Shown piece by piece: positions 40,189 through 50,029 of a DNA stretch of 64,000 bases (positions within the stretch are counted from its first letter, which is position 1; the number at the start of each line of letters is the position of its first letter). Under the pieces are notes generated by a model that worked only from the letters and a program-made list of their open reading frames with translations, was not told where the DNA came from and searched no databases. The position numbers were made by a program, and so were the translations under genes. This stretch comes from Tepidisphaera sp. (lineage in GTDB: Bacteria > Planctomycetota > Phycisphaerae > Phycisphaerales > UBA1924): positions 2,944,001-3,008,000 of the forward strand of contig CP051526.1 of the NCBI GenBank assembly GCA_050916045.1. Reading direction: 5' to 3'.

Positions 40189-40390
40189 GCCGGCGTTCAG
40201 CCTTTGACGGTCGGCGTTCAACCCTTCACGCTCATCGTGAAGCCTTTCACGCTCGTCGTTCAACCCTTCACGCTCGTCGTGAAGCCCTTCACGGTCTTCG
40301 TTGAACCTTGCACGCTCATCGTGAAGCCCTTCACGGTCGTTGTGAAACCCTGCATGGTCGTCGTCAAGCCGCTCACGGCCGCCGTTCAAG
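40189..40390. repeat. degenerate 21-bp tandem repeat (~9.6 copies), intergenic
   Basis: units such as CTCGTCGTTCAACCCTTCACG and CTCGTCGTGAAGCCCTTCACG. Confidence 0.92.
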
Positions 40391-40425
40391 GCCGGATGCG
40401 GCCGGGATGCCGCTCATTCTTGCGC

Positions 40426-40461
40426 AAAAACGCCGCCGCCCGGTGCGTCCGGGCGGCGGCG
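40426..40461 (-). terminator. intrinsic terminator
   Basis: 13-bp stem CGCCGCCGCCCGG/CCGGGCGGCGGCG followed by TTTTT on the minus strand. Confidence 0.82.
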
Positions 40462-40528
40462 GTGAGGATCGGAGTTCCTCCGAGAACGGTGGGTTCCCCC
40501 CTCCCGAGGTCTTGGGGGGGTGTGGGGG

Positions 40529-42520
40529 TTAGCAGCCGCGTTCGAAGGCTTGGACGAAGGCGTCGTAGTCAAAGAAGTCCACGAAGCCGTCGCCGTTCAT
40601 GTCGAGGACCATCTGCGGCGGGTTGTTGGCGGGGCAGCCGCTGACATCGCCCTCGAAGCAGGAGACGAAGTCGTCGTAGTCGAAGAAGTCGATGAAGCCG
40701 TCGTTGTTGAAGTCCGCCGGGCAGTCGACCTGGACGCGGCCCTCGCCGACGATGCGGAGTTCGGCATCGGGGTCGAGGCTGGTGTCGCGGCGGGTGTTCG
40801 CCCAGTCGGAGAGGCCGTCGCGGCCGCGGCCGAGTTCAAAGCCGCTGCCGCCGCGGAGGCCGTTCCACTTGGAATCGAGCTTGGGCTGCCACTGGCCGGC
40901 CGAGTTGCGTTCGAGGACGCGGACGGTGCCGTCGCAGGTGTAGATGAGGCGGCCCTGGCCGTCAAAGTGCGGGGCTTTGGGCTGCGTGCAGCCGGGGGTG
41001 GCGATGGTCTCGATCACCACCCAGCCGGCGGCGCCGGCGGGACGGCCGCAGCGGACGAGGCCGGAGAAGCCTTCGCGGGCGATGACGAACGTGCCGTCGA
41101 GGGGCGAGACGCCGATCTCGCAGCCGGCGGGCACGGGGATCGCGGTGGGGAAGGGCTCGGGGTCGTAGGGGCTGCAGCCATCGCCATCGACATCCCCCAC
41201 CGCGATGAACACACCACCGGCGGTGTTCTTCGTGATCGCGATCAACTCGTAGTCGAACTGGTCGCCGTCGGTCATCGGGTCGGTCGTGCCGCAGGCGAGG
41301 AGGACGTGCTCGCGGGTGGACCACTCGATCGGAGGCAGCGTCGGGTTCGCGGGGTCGATCGCGCGGACGTTGCCCCCGGCCAGGCCGAAGAAGTAGCGGC
41401 CATCGGGGCCGAAGCAGCCGCCGCCCTGAGGAACGGGGCCGACGCGGAGCCACTCACGGGTGCCGAGGTTGCAGGTCCAGAGGCCGGGGTCGGCCGCTCC
41501 GCCGCGTTCACCGTCGAGGGTGACGACGGCGATGGGGAGGGCGGGGTGGCGCTTGACGCGGGCGGCGGCTTCGCGGATCTTCTGGACGGCGGGGAGGAGC
41601 AGGCCGATGTGGGTCGGATCGGCGCCGTTGGTGATGCCCATGTTGAGGTCGATGAACTTCTGGGCGGAGAGAATGCCCTGCGTAGCGTCGACCGAGAGCC
41701 CCTCGGTGGGCCAGATCACCGCCATGCCGTCGATGACGCGGAGGCGGCCGTCCTCGAAAGCCTCGTCGAGGATGGTGTAGCTCTGCAGGGCGCCGGGGTT
41801 GTCGCCGGGCTCACCCGCGAAGAACGCGGTCACCTGACGGACGGGGAAGTAGGTGGTCTGGAAGGGAGACTGCTCGGTGAGGCTGTCGCTGGAGGAAGGA
41901 TTGCGGTAGCCGATGGAAGCGTTGTTGGAGCAGCCGTTGAGCACGGCGGTCAGGGTGACGCAGTGGCCGCCGTCGCGGACCCAGCGGTTGGGAAGGCCGC
42001 CGCCGGCGGGGAAGAAGTCGTAGCGGCCGTAGCAGAAGGTCATGAGGCAGCCGGCGGTCATCAGGCCGTACATCGCCTGCGAGGTGGGGCCCACGCCGTT
42101 GCCGAAGTAGCTTGAGATCTGGAACTCGTCGGGGTAGGAAGCGAGGATGCGGTTGCGGGCGCCCGGCATCATGCTGCCGCCGTCGAAGGGATCAACCTGG
42201 CAGTAGAACTGCGTGAGGTTGATGTAGGCGGTGCCGGCCGCGTAGTGGTTCTGCCAGTCCTTGGCGCCCAGACAGAGGTTGGGGAAGCCGAAGTTGTTGA
42301 GGTAGCCGACGTGGTTGCTGACCGAGGTCGGGGCGCAGAACATCTTGCCGTCGTTGGGGAGGCCCATGATGTTCCCCTGCGTGGCCCGCTTCTGGTCAAG
42401 GTCGGGCACGCCGACGCGGTAGACGCTGCATCCCTCATCCGCGCGGGCCAGATTCGCCGAAAGACCGCCCATCGCGGTCCCCGCGGCGAGCACCATCATC
42501 ATCGTGTTCTTCGTGTTCAT
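40529..42520 (-). CDS. secreted putative papain-fold cysteine peptidase with beta-rich middle region and GC-type dockerin domain
   Basis: signal peptide; VPDLDQ...FCAPTS (Cys) and GGHCVTL (His); C-terminal CPADFNNDGFIDFFDY...DMNGDGFVDFFDYDAFVQAFERGC. Confidence 0.75.
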   Translation of the reverse strand: MNTKNTMMMVLAAGTAMGGLSANLARADEGCSVYRVGVPDLDQKRATQGNIMGLPNDGKMFCAPTSVSNHVGYLNNFGFPNLCLGAKDWQNHYAAGTAYINLTQFYCQVDPFDGGSMMPGARNRILASYPDEFQISSYFGNGVGPTSQAMYGLMTAGCLMTFCYGRYDFFPAGGGLPNRWVRDGGHCVTLTAVLNGCSNNASIGYRNPSSSDSLTEQSPFQTTYFPVRQVTAFFAGEPGDNPGALQSYTILDEAFEDGRLRVIDGMAVIWPTEGLSVDATQGILSAQKFIDLNMGITNGADPTHIGLLLPAVQKIREAAARVKRHPALPIAVVTLDGERGGAADPGLWTCNLGTREWLRVGPVPQGGGCFGPDGRYFFGLAGGNVRAIDPANPTLPPIEWSTREHVLLACGTTDPMTDGDQFDYELIAITKNTAGGVFIAVGDVDGDGCSPYDPEPFPTAIPVPAGCEIGVSPLDGTFVIAREGFSGLVRCGRPAGAAGWVVIETIATPGCTQPKAPHFDGQGRLIYTCDGTVRVLERNSAGQWQPKLDSKWNGLRGGSGFELGRGRDGLSDWANTRRDTSLDPDAELRIVGEGRVQVDCPADFNNDGFIDFFDYDDFVSCFEGDVSGCPANNPPQMVLDMNGDGFVDFFDYDAFVQAFERGC

Positions 42521-42846
42521 GACTGTTCTCCGAGCCGGTGGTTGTCCGCGGGTCGCGGCGGGCTATCCCCTCTGGAAGCCCGTGCCGAGATCCGCGGGTG
42601 CACCGCTCAACAGAACAAGTGCGCGGCGGGGGCGGGTGTGACCGCGATTTCTCGCTGAATTTCAGGGAGAGAACGGGTGGAAATTCGTGGCGACGGCGCG
42701 CAGATGAGGCGGGCCCGAGTCTTGATCGCCGGTTCCCGACCGCCGCGTGCTGGGTGCAGGACCGAGCGGTCCGGACGGGCGGCCCGGATAATCCAGGTCC
42801 CGAGGCTGGGCTTCCGCGATGCGGGAGGGTTCGCTAAACTCCGCTC

Positions 42847-43104
42847 ATGGTCTCCTTCGGCCCCAATCCGCCGCCCGAGGCACGCGGGTACTCGGACGAG
42901 TACCCGGAGGATCCGGGCGCGAAAGCACGCCGCGAGCATTCGGAGTGGCTGACGTGGGCGCTGAGGTCCGGGAAGAACTTCCCCCGGATCCCGCTTCGGG
43001 CGTCCGGCACAGGGGGTTGGGATTGGTTGACGGCGACGCCTCACGGCCGGGGTCTGGCTGGCCGATGGTGGAAAGCGGCCCTGCGGCGGATCATCGGCCC
43101 GTGA
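42847..43104 (+). CDS. small hypothetical protein
   Basis: 85-aa Trp-rich ORF in an otherwise empty gap upstream of the 43163 gene. Confidence 0.5.
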   Translation: MVSFGPNPPPEARGYSDEYPEDPGAKARREHSEWLTWALRSGKNFPRIPLRASGTGGWDWLTATPHGRGLAGRWWKAALRRIIGP

Positions 43105-43162
43105 GCGGGCGTGAGCGACCTGACGCCGACCTTTCGGGCTTGCGGGACGTACACTCGAAACC

Positions 43163-43990
43163 ATGGCCGCTACACAATGGACGAAACTGAACCCCCGCTG
43201 GCTCTTCAAACAGGCCGCGATGTCGCTCCTCTTTCTGGGATTTGGGATCTGGGGGCTTTACGACGCCATGATCCTGTATCCCAACCGGGGCGTGGCGTAC
43301 GCGGACTTCATGCGGTTTAACTACCTCAAGGAAGCCAAGATGCAGGGCGGGGCGGACTGGGCGGAACCGAGCATCGCGGACCCCAAGGCCGAGTACGAGA
43401 AGCTCCACAAGAACCTTGAGGGGCAGAAGGACACCCTCGCCCGCGCCAAGCACGACTGGCTTGAGGCCCTCCGCGTCGTCCATCGCCTCGATCCGGCGCA
43501 CACGCAGATCGCCAAGCCGAGCGAGGACCACGACGTGCTCGCCAAGCGGTTCACGACGACCTCCGGCACCGCGGAAAGCCCGAAAAAGCTCGAGTCCTAC
43601 GACGTTCCGGTCCAGTGGATCATCTTCTACTGCGGCACGGGCATCGGGCTGATCATGTTCGGGTTCGCGGGGGTGGTCGCACGCCACCGGTACGGCTGGA
43701 ACCCCGAGACCAAGACCCTCACGCTGCCCAGAAGCCTCGGTGGGAGCGACCTGACGCTTGAACTCTGCGAGGACTTCGACCGCCGCAAGTGGGACAAGTT
43801 CCTCATGTTCGTCAAGGTCTCCTCGGCCCACCCGACGCTGGCCGGACGCGAGCTGAAGTTCGACCTGCTTCGCTACGTCCCGCTGGAATCGTGGATCGTC
43901 GAGATGGAGCACACGAAGTTCCCCGACCGTGCCAAGCCGCAGACCCCGCCGGATGATGGAATCGTGGCCCCGACGGCCGCGACACCCTGA
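43163..43990 (+). CDS. hypothetical membrane protein (two TM helices)
   Basis: TM at N-terminus and VQWIIFYCGTGIGLIMFG; host-like codon usage. Confidence 0.75.
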   Translation: MAATQWTKLNPRWLFKQAAMSLLFLGFGIWGLYDAMILYPNRGVAYADFMRFNYLKEAKMQGGADWAEPSIADPKAEYEKLHKNLEGQKDTLARAKHDWLEALRVVHRLDPAHTQIAKPSEDHDVLAKRFTTTSGTAESPKKLESYDVPVQWIIFYCGTGIGLIMFGFAGVVARHRYGWNPETKTLTLPRSLGGSDLTLELCEDFDRRKWDKFLMFVKVSSAHPTLAGRELKFDLLRYVPLESWIVEMEHTKFPDRAKPQTPPDDGIVAPTAATP

Positions 43991-44193
43991 GCCCGTCAAG
44001 GATCCGACAAGAATGATCGGGAAGCGGTACAATGGATCGTGCAGGACCTCTCGGGGACCGCAACCCGTGGTATTCTGCGCCGATGACATCCGTGCGGACG
44101 ATTCGGCCTGTCGAAGAATCTGACACCGTGAGCCGTGAGGGCAGAGCTGCCGCCCAGCCTTCCGGACCACCGGGCCCCCAAAGGCTCAGCCGC

Positions 44194-45717
44194 ATGACCA
44201 AACCTCAGAAATCCGTTCCACCCGCGACCGTCGAACCGGCCCGGGGTTCCTCCCGCACGTCCTCGCGGACCGCGCCCCGTCGGCAGAGCGACCCGGTGCC
44301 CGCGATCCGGACGTTCGTGATTGACACCAACGTGGTGCTCCACAACCCCATGGCGCTCTTCGTCTTCGCCGAGCACGATCTGGTGATCCCCTTCACCGTG
44401 ATCGAAGAGCTCGACAAGATGAAGCGGAAGGATGACGACCTGGGCCGCAACGCCCGCGAGTGCATCCGCCAGCTCGACTGGCTTCGCACCAAGGGCTCGC
44501 TGACCGACGGCGTGAACTGGGGCGAGCATTCGCCGCGCGTGGGGCAAGCGGCCAAGGTCGGGCCCGACGGCAAGACGGGGTCGATCCGCATCGACGTCTC
44601 GGAGTACGACAGGCCGTCGGCGCTGATTGAAGAATCGCCCGACAATCGCATCATCGCCGTCGCGTGGCACCTCAAGCAGCGCGGAGCGAACGTCACGTTC
44701 GTCTCCAAGGACCTCGCCGCACGCATCAAGAGTGATTCCCTCGGCATCGGCACCGAGGATTTCGAGAACCAGAAGGTCGACGCCGACCGCCTCTACACCG
44801 GCGCGGTCGCGGTCGAAACGGACGGCTCGCTGATCGACGAGATGTACCGCGACCGGATGCTCCCGATGTCCAAGCTCGAGCCGCTTCTGGTCGAGCGCCA
44901 GTACGACGGGTCGGTGGTGCACCGCCCGGTGCTCGCGAACCAGTTCGTCATGCTCAAGGACAACGCGGATGAGCATCACTCGGGGCTGGGTCGGCGTCTG
45001 GCGGACACGGACCACATCATCCCGGTGACGAACCAGCGCAAGCCGGTTTTCGGCATCATCGCTCGCAACTCGCAGCAGACGATGGCTCTGGACCTGCTGA
45101 TGGATGATGAGATCAAGTTCCTGACGCTCCTGGGCTCGGCGGGCACGGGTAAGACGCTCGTCGCGATCGCGGCGGGGATGGCGAAGGTCTTCTCGGAGGA
45201 GCGGTACGACAAGCTTCTGGTCGCGCGGCCGATCATGCCCCTCGGGCGGGACATCGGGTACCTCCCGGGCGACAAGGACGAGAAGCTGACCGCGTGGATG
45301 CAGCCGATCTTCGACAACCTGCAGTACCTCATGTCCACCCGGGGCGCGCAGAGCGGAGCCGCCGACAGCCACTCGACCGAGCAACGCATCCAGAAGCTCA
45401 TGGCCGACGGCAAGCTCGTCCTGGAGCCGCTGACCTACATCCGAGGCCGGTCCATCCCGCATCAGTTCATGATCGTCGATGAAGCCCAGAACCTCACGCC
45501 GCACGAGGTCAAAACCATCGTCTCGCGTGTCGGCGAAGGGACCAAGCTGATCCTCACCGGCGACATCCAGCAGATCGACAACCCGTATCTGGATTCGTCG
45601 TCCAACGGCTTGTCGTACGCGATCGAACGGATGAAGGGCGTCTCGCTGTACGGGCACGTCACGCTGGCCAAGAGCGAGCGCTCGGAACTGGCGAGCATCG
45701 CGGCGGCGCGGCTTTAG
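44194..45717 (+). CDS. PhoH2/YlaK family protein (PIN nuclease plus PhoH ATPase)
   Basis: FVIDTNVVLHNP, VIEELD, DNRII, SKD; GSAGTGKT, IGYLPGDK.EK, YIRGRS, IVDEAQNLT, GD..QID; start uncertain (44083 or 44194). Confidence 0.93.
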   Translation: MTKPQKSVPPATVEPARGSSRTSSRTAPRRQSDPVPAIRTFVIDTNVVLHNPMALFVFAEHDLVIPFTVIEELDKMKRKDDDLGRNARECIRQLDWLRTKGSLTDGVNWGEHSPRVGQAAKVGPDGKTGSIRIDVSEYDRPSALIEESPDNRIIAVAWHLKQRGANVTFVSKDLAARIKSDSLGIGTEDFENQKVDADRLYTGAVAVETDGSLIDEMYRDRMLPMSKLEPLLVERQYDGSVVHRPVLANQFVMLKDNADEHHSGLGRRLADTDHIIPVTNQRKPVFGIIARNSQQTMALDLLMDDEIKFLTLLGSAGTGKTLVAIAAGMAKVFSEERYDKLLVARPIMPLGRDIGYLPGDKDEKLTAWMQPIFDNLQYLMSTRGAQSGAADSHSTEQRIQKLMADGKLVLEPLTYIRGRSIPHQFMIVDEAQNLTPHEVKTIVSRVGEGTKLILTGDIQQIDNPYLDSSSNGLSYAIERMKGVSLYGHVTLAKSERSELASIAAARL

Positions 45718-45727
45718 AAGCCGTCGT

Positions 45728-46477
45728 CTACCTCCGACCGACGACGTACACGACGTAGTTCTCGTCGAGTTCATCGCCGGACTGGATCGGAGAGACGTAG
45801 AGGTTGCCGTCCGAATCGATCGCGTCGCCCATGCGGGCGTAGACGTCGACCGCGCGGAACCCTGCGTCCATCATCGCGTCGCGCACTTCGGGGATGGACC
45901 AGATCCGCCAGTGGTAGACGAAAGCGTCGGGATATCGCTTGGCTTTGCCGCTCGCGGTCACGACGAAGCTGAGCGTGTCGAGCACGAGGTTGGTCGCAGG
46001 GTCGGTTTCGCGCTGCTCCCAGGTATACTCGACGCCCTGGCCGGCGGGTCCGCGGAGCTTGCGGCGGATCTTGAGCGGCCTCATCGCGTCACGGCCGCCG
46101 TAAAGGTCGGCGAGCAGGACGCCGTGTGGTTTCAGGCACGCCCGGGCGTGCTTGAGGTACCTGACGAGGTCGCCGCGCTGGTGAAAGTACCCGAGGGGGA
46201 AGTTGGTCGCGGCGATGATGTCGGCTTTCACGCGACACCTGAGGACGTCGGCGCGGACGGCTCGCACGCTCGGCCCTTTCACGCGGGCGAGGGGCTTGGC
46301 ATCCTGGTCGACGGCGACCGCCGAGCCGTAAGCCCTCCCCCACTCCTTGGCGAGAGCCCCTGTGCCGGAGAAGTCCTCGCGGAGGACGCGAGGCTTGCGG
46401 CCGTGGGCGGCTTTGGCGAAGCGCGCGAGCCTGGGCGCGTCGGTCACGCAGAGTTCGTAGAGGTCGAAGGGGTTCAT
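45728..46477 (-). CDS. class I SAM-dependent methyltransferase
   Basis: LYELCV, LREDFSGTG, AVD.D, L..GVLLADLYGG, YTWEQ, AFVYHWR.WSIPE. Confidence 0.85.
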   Translation of the reverse strand: MNPFDLYELCVTDAPRLARFAKAAHGRKPRVLREDFSGTGALAKEWGRAYGSAVAVDQDAKPLARVKGPSVRAVRADVLRCRVKADIIAATNFPLGYFHQRGDLVRYLKHARACLKPHGVLLADLYGGRDAMRPLKIRRKLRGPAGQGVEYTWEQRETDPATNLVLDTLSFVVTASGKAKRYPDAFVYHWRIWSIPEVRDAMMDAGFRAVDVYARMGDAIDSDGNLYVSPIQSGDELDENYVVYVVGRR

Positions 46478-46483
46478 GGACGA

Positions 46484-47850
46484 TCAGGCCATCCGGATCC
46501 AGCGGATGAGGGTCGAGATGTTCGGCGGCTTGCCGTACATCAGGACGCCGATCCTGAAGATCTTGGCGGCCATCCATGCCATCACGACGACCGTGAGGAT
46601 TCCCAGGACGATCGTCGCGGGGATCTGCCAGATCGGAACAGACTCGGCCCCGGCGAGGCGCAGGATCATGATGAACGGGGAGATGGGCGGAACGAACGAA
46701 CAGATCTGAGCAAAGGTGGAGTTGGGGTTCTGAAGGATCGGCATCCAGAGCATCATGGGGATGACGAGGATGATCATGACGGGCCCGATGAGCGACTGGG
46801 CCTCCCGGATGTCGGAGACCGCGGAGCCGACGGCCGCGAAGAGGCACGCGATGCTCGCGAACGCGATCATGAAGTAGATGACGAGGTACACGAGCATCAT
46901 CGGGTCGATGATGTCGAACATCGTCGCGGAGATGAGCGCGACGATGCCGGCTCCGGCGTAAACCAGCAGGATCAGGAGCCCGACGCACGCCTGACCCGCG
47001 ATCTTTCCGGCGAGGAGTTGCATGGGCGAGACGGCGGAGAGGAGGACCTCCATGACGCGGCTGGACTTCTCCTCGATGGTCGATGTCAGCAGGTATTGCC
47101 CGCTGGTGAACACGGCGATCCAGATCAGGAACATGAAGGCGCCGGGGATCATCAGCTTGGCGATTTCATTGGTCTTGACGGTGCCTTCGCGGGTCACGCT
47201 TCTGACCTCGCCTCGGGGCGGGTTGGAGAGTTGGCGAACCCGGACAGGGTCGAGCCCCGCCGCGCGGATACGGGCTTCGACGACCGATCGGCGTGCGGCG
47301 TCCTCGATGAGCCCGATCCATTGAACGGCGAGCTTGGGCGAGTGGAGCACCTCGTAGGACGCCGGGTCCTTCCCATCGACGGGACGGACGACCTCCGCGG
47401 GAATGACGACGACGGCCAGTCGGGTTTCGGTCGTTCCCGAGTTCTTCGCGTCGGCGTTCAGGATCTCCTGGCGTGCCACCTCGGGATCGGTGTCCGGGGG
47501 AAGGACACGGACCTCGACGTTGGCCGAGCCCATCGCCTGCTCGACACCCTGCTTGATCATCTTGTCGCCGCCGGCGGCTTTGACGACCGAGGACTCCTTG
47601 TCGAAGAACTTCGCCATGCGCTCGGCGACGGACTCGGGGGAGAGTTCCTTGGTGAAGGCCTGTGCGACTTCTCCCGACCGGTCGATGAGGGCGACGTGCC
47701 CGGAGATCTTGGGGGCGGCGCCGCGCATGAGCAGGATCATCAGCGGGACCATGACCACCGCGAGGAGGGGCGGCAGGAAAATCCCGATGATGAAGCCCTT
47801 GGTGGCAACAGTCGCCCAGAACTCCCGGATCGCGACCTGGATCGTCTTGT

Positions 47851-47854
<4 letters not shown>
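46484..47854 (-). CDS. ABC-2 type transporter permease (NatB/YhaP-like)
   Basis: VAIREF, EEKSSRVMEVLLSAVSP..LLAGKI, KIFRIGVLMYGK. Confidence 0.92.
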
Positions 47855-48822
<968 letters not shown>

Positions 48823-48907
48823 GCGACCTCCGTGGTACGGGCGAGGAGCCCGACGCAGATGGTACCACGCCAACCCGCACCCGCGCGGAACCCCTATTCT
48901 TCGCCCG

Positions 48908-50029
48908 ATGCCCGAATCCGCGGCTCCAACGCCCGCCAGCCTTTTCCGCGTCCCCGAGAACGTCCTGCTCAAACTCGACGACCTGTCGAAGCAGCACGCG
49001 GAGATCTCGGCGATGCTCGAGGACCCCGCCGTCGTCACGGACCACCGCCGCGTCCGCGACCTCTCGGTCAAGCGTGCCGCTCTCGACCCCGTCGTCGACA
49101 GCTACCGGGAGTTCCGGCGGGTCTCAAGGGACGCGGCCGACCTGGACGCGGCGACCAAGCCGGGCGGGGACCCGGACCTGGCGGCGATGGCTTTCGAAGA
49201 ACTTCCGGTGCTCCGCGAGCGTGGGGAACGGCTTGTGCGGGAGATGACCTCGCGGCTTGTGACTTCCGATGACAACAAGGTCGGCTCAGTCATCTTGGAG
49301 ATCCGGGCCGGAACGGGCGGGGATGAAGCGTGCTTGTGGGCGGCGGACCTCTTGGGGATGTACCAGAAGTACGCCGCGACTCGCGGGTGGCAGTTCGAGG
49401 TGCTCGACGCCGTCACCGAGGGGATCGCCGGCGGCGTTCGCGGCGCGACCGTCAGCGTCCGCGGCGCCGGCGTCTGGTCCGAGCTTGCGTTCGAAGCCGG
49501 GGTCCACTCCGTCAAGCGCGTCCCCGCGACGGAAACCCAAGGCCGCATCCACACCTCGACCGCCACCGTCGCCGTCCTCCCCGAAGCCGAAGAGGTCGAC
49601 GTCAAAGTCGACTGGGCGGCGGATGTCGAGGAATCCGCGACCCGCTCGCAGGGCCCCGGCGGCCAGAACGTCAACAAAGTCGAGTCCGCCTGGCAGATCC
49701 ACCACAAAGCCTCGGGCATCATCATCAAGATGATGGAAGCCAAGAGCCAGCAGCAGAACAAGGAACGCGCCCGCCGCTTGCTCGTCACGCGCCTGGCCGA
49801 ACTCGAACGCCAACGCCAGCACGCGGACCGCTCGGCGGCTCGCAAGACCCAGATCCGCGGCGGCGAGCGGAGCGACAAGATCCGCACGTACCGCTGGAAG
49901 GAAGGGATCGTCGCGGATGAACGCTTGCCGGGCGAGTACCGCCTCCACGAGATGATCGCGGGCGACCTGTCGAAGATCATGAAGGACCTGGTGGAGCAGG
50001 AGACGGCGAAGAGGCTGGCGGAGCTATGA
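48908..50029 (+). CDS. prfA: peptide chain release factor 1
   Basis: EIRAGTGGDEA, EAGVH..KRVPATETQGRIHTS (PxT motif), GPGGQNVNK, RSDKIRTY. Confidence 0.92.
   Translation: MPESAAPTPASLFRVPENVLLKLDDLSKQHAEISAMLEDPAVVTDHRRVRDLSVKRAALDPVVDSYREFRRVSRDAADLDAATKPGGDPDLAAMAFEELPVLRERGERLVREMTSRLVTSDDNKVGSVILEIRAGTGGDEACLWAADLLGMYQKYAATRGWQFEVLDAVTEGIAGGVRGATVSVRGAGVWSELAFEAGVHSVKRVPATETQGRIHTSTATVAVLPEAEEVDVKVDWAADVEESATRSQGPGGQNVNKVESAWQIHHKASGIIIKMMEAKSQQQNKERARRLLVTRLAELERQRQHADRSAARKTQIRGGERSDKIRTYRWKEGIVADERLPGEYRLHEMIAGDLSKIMKDLVEQETAKRLAEL

Noticed and set aside
12361..40390. CRISPR arrays at the 13-bp and 21-bp repeats
   Set aside because: The units are head-to-tail with no unique spacers, and there are no cas genes in the window
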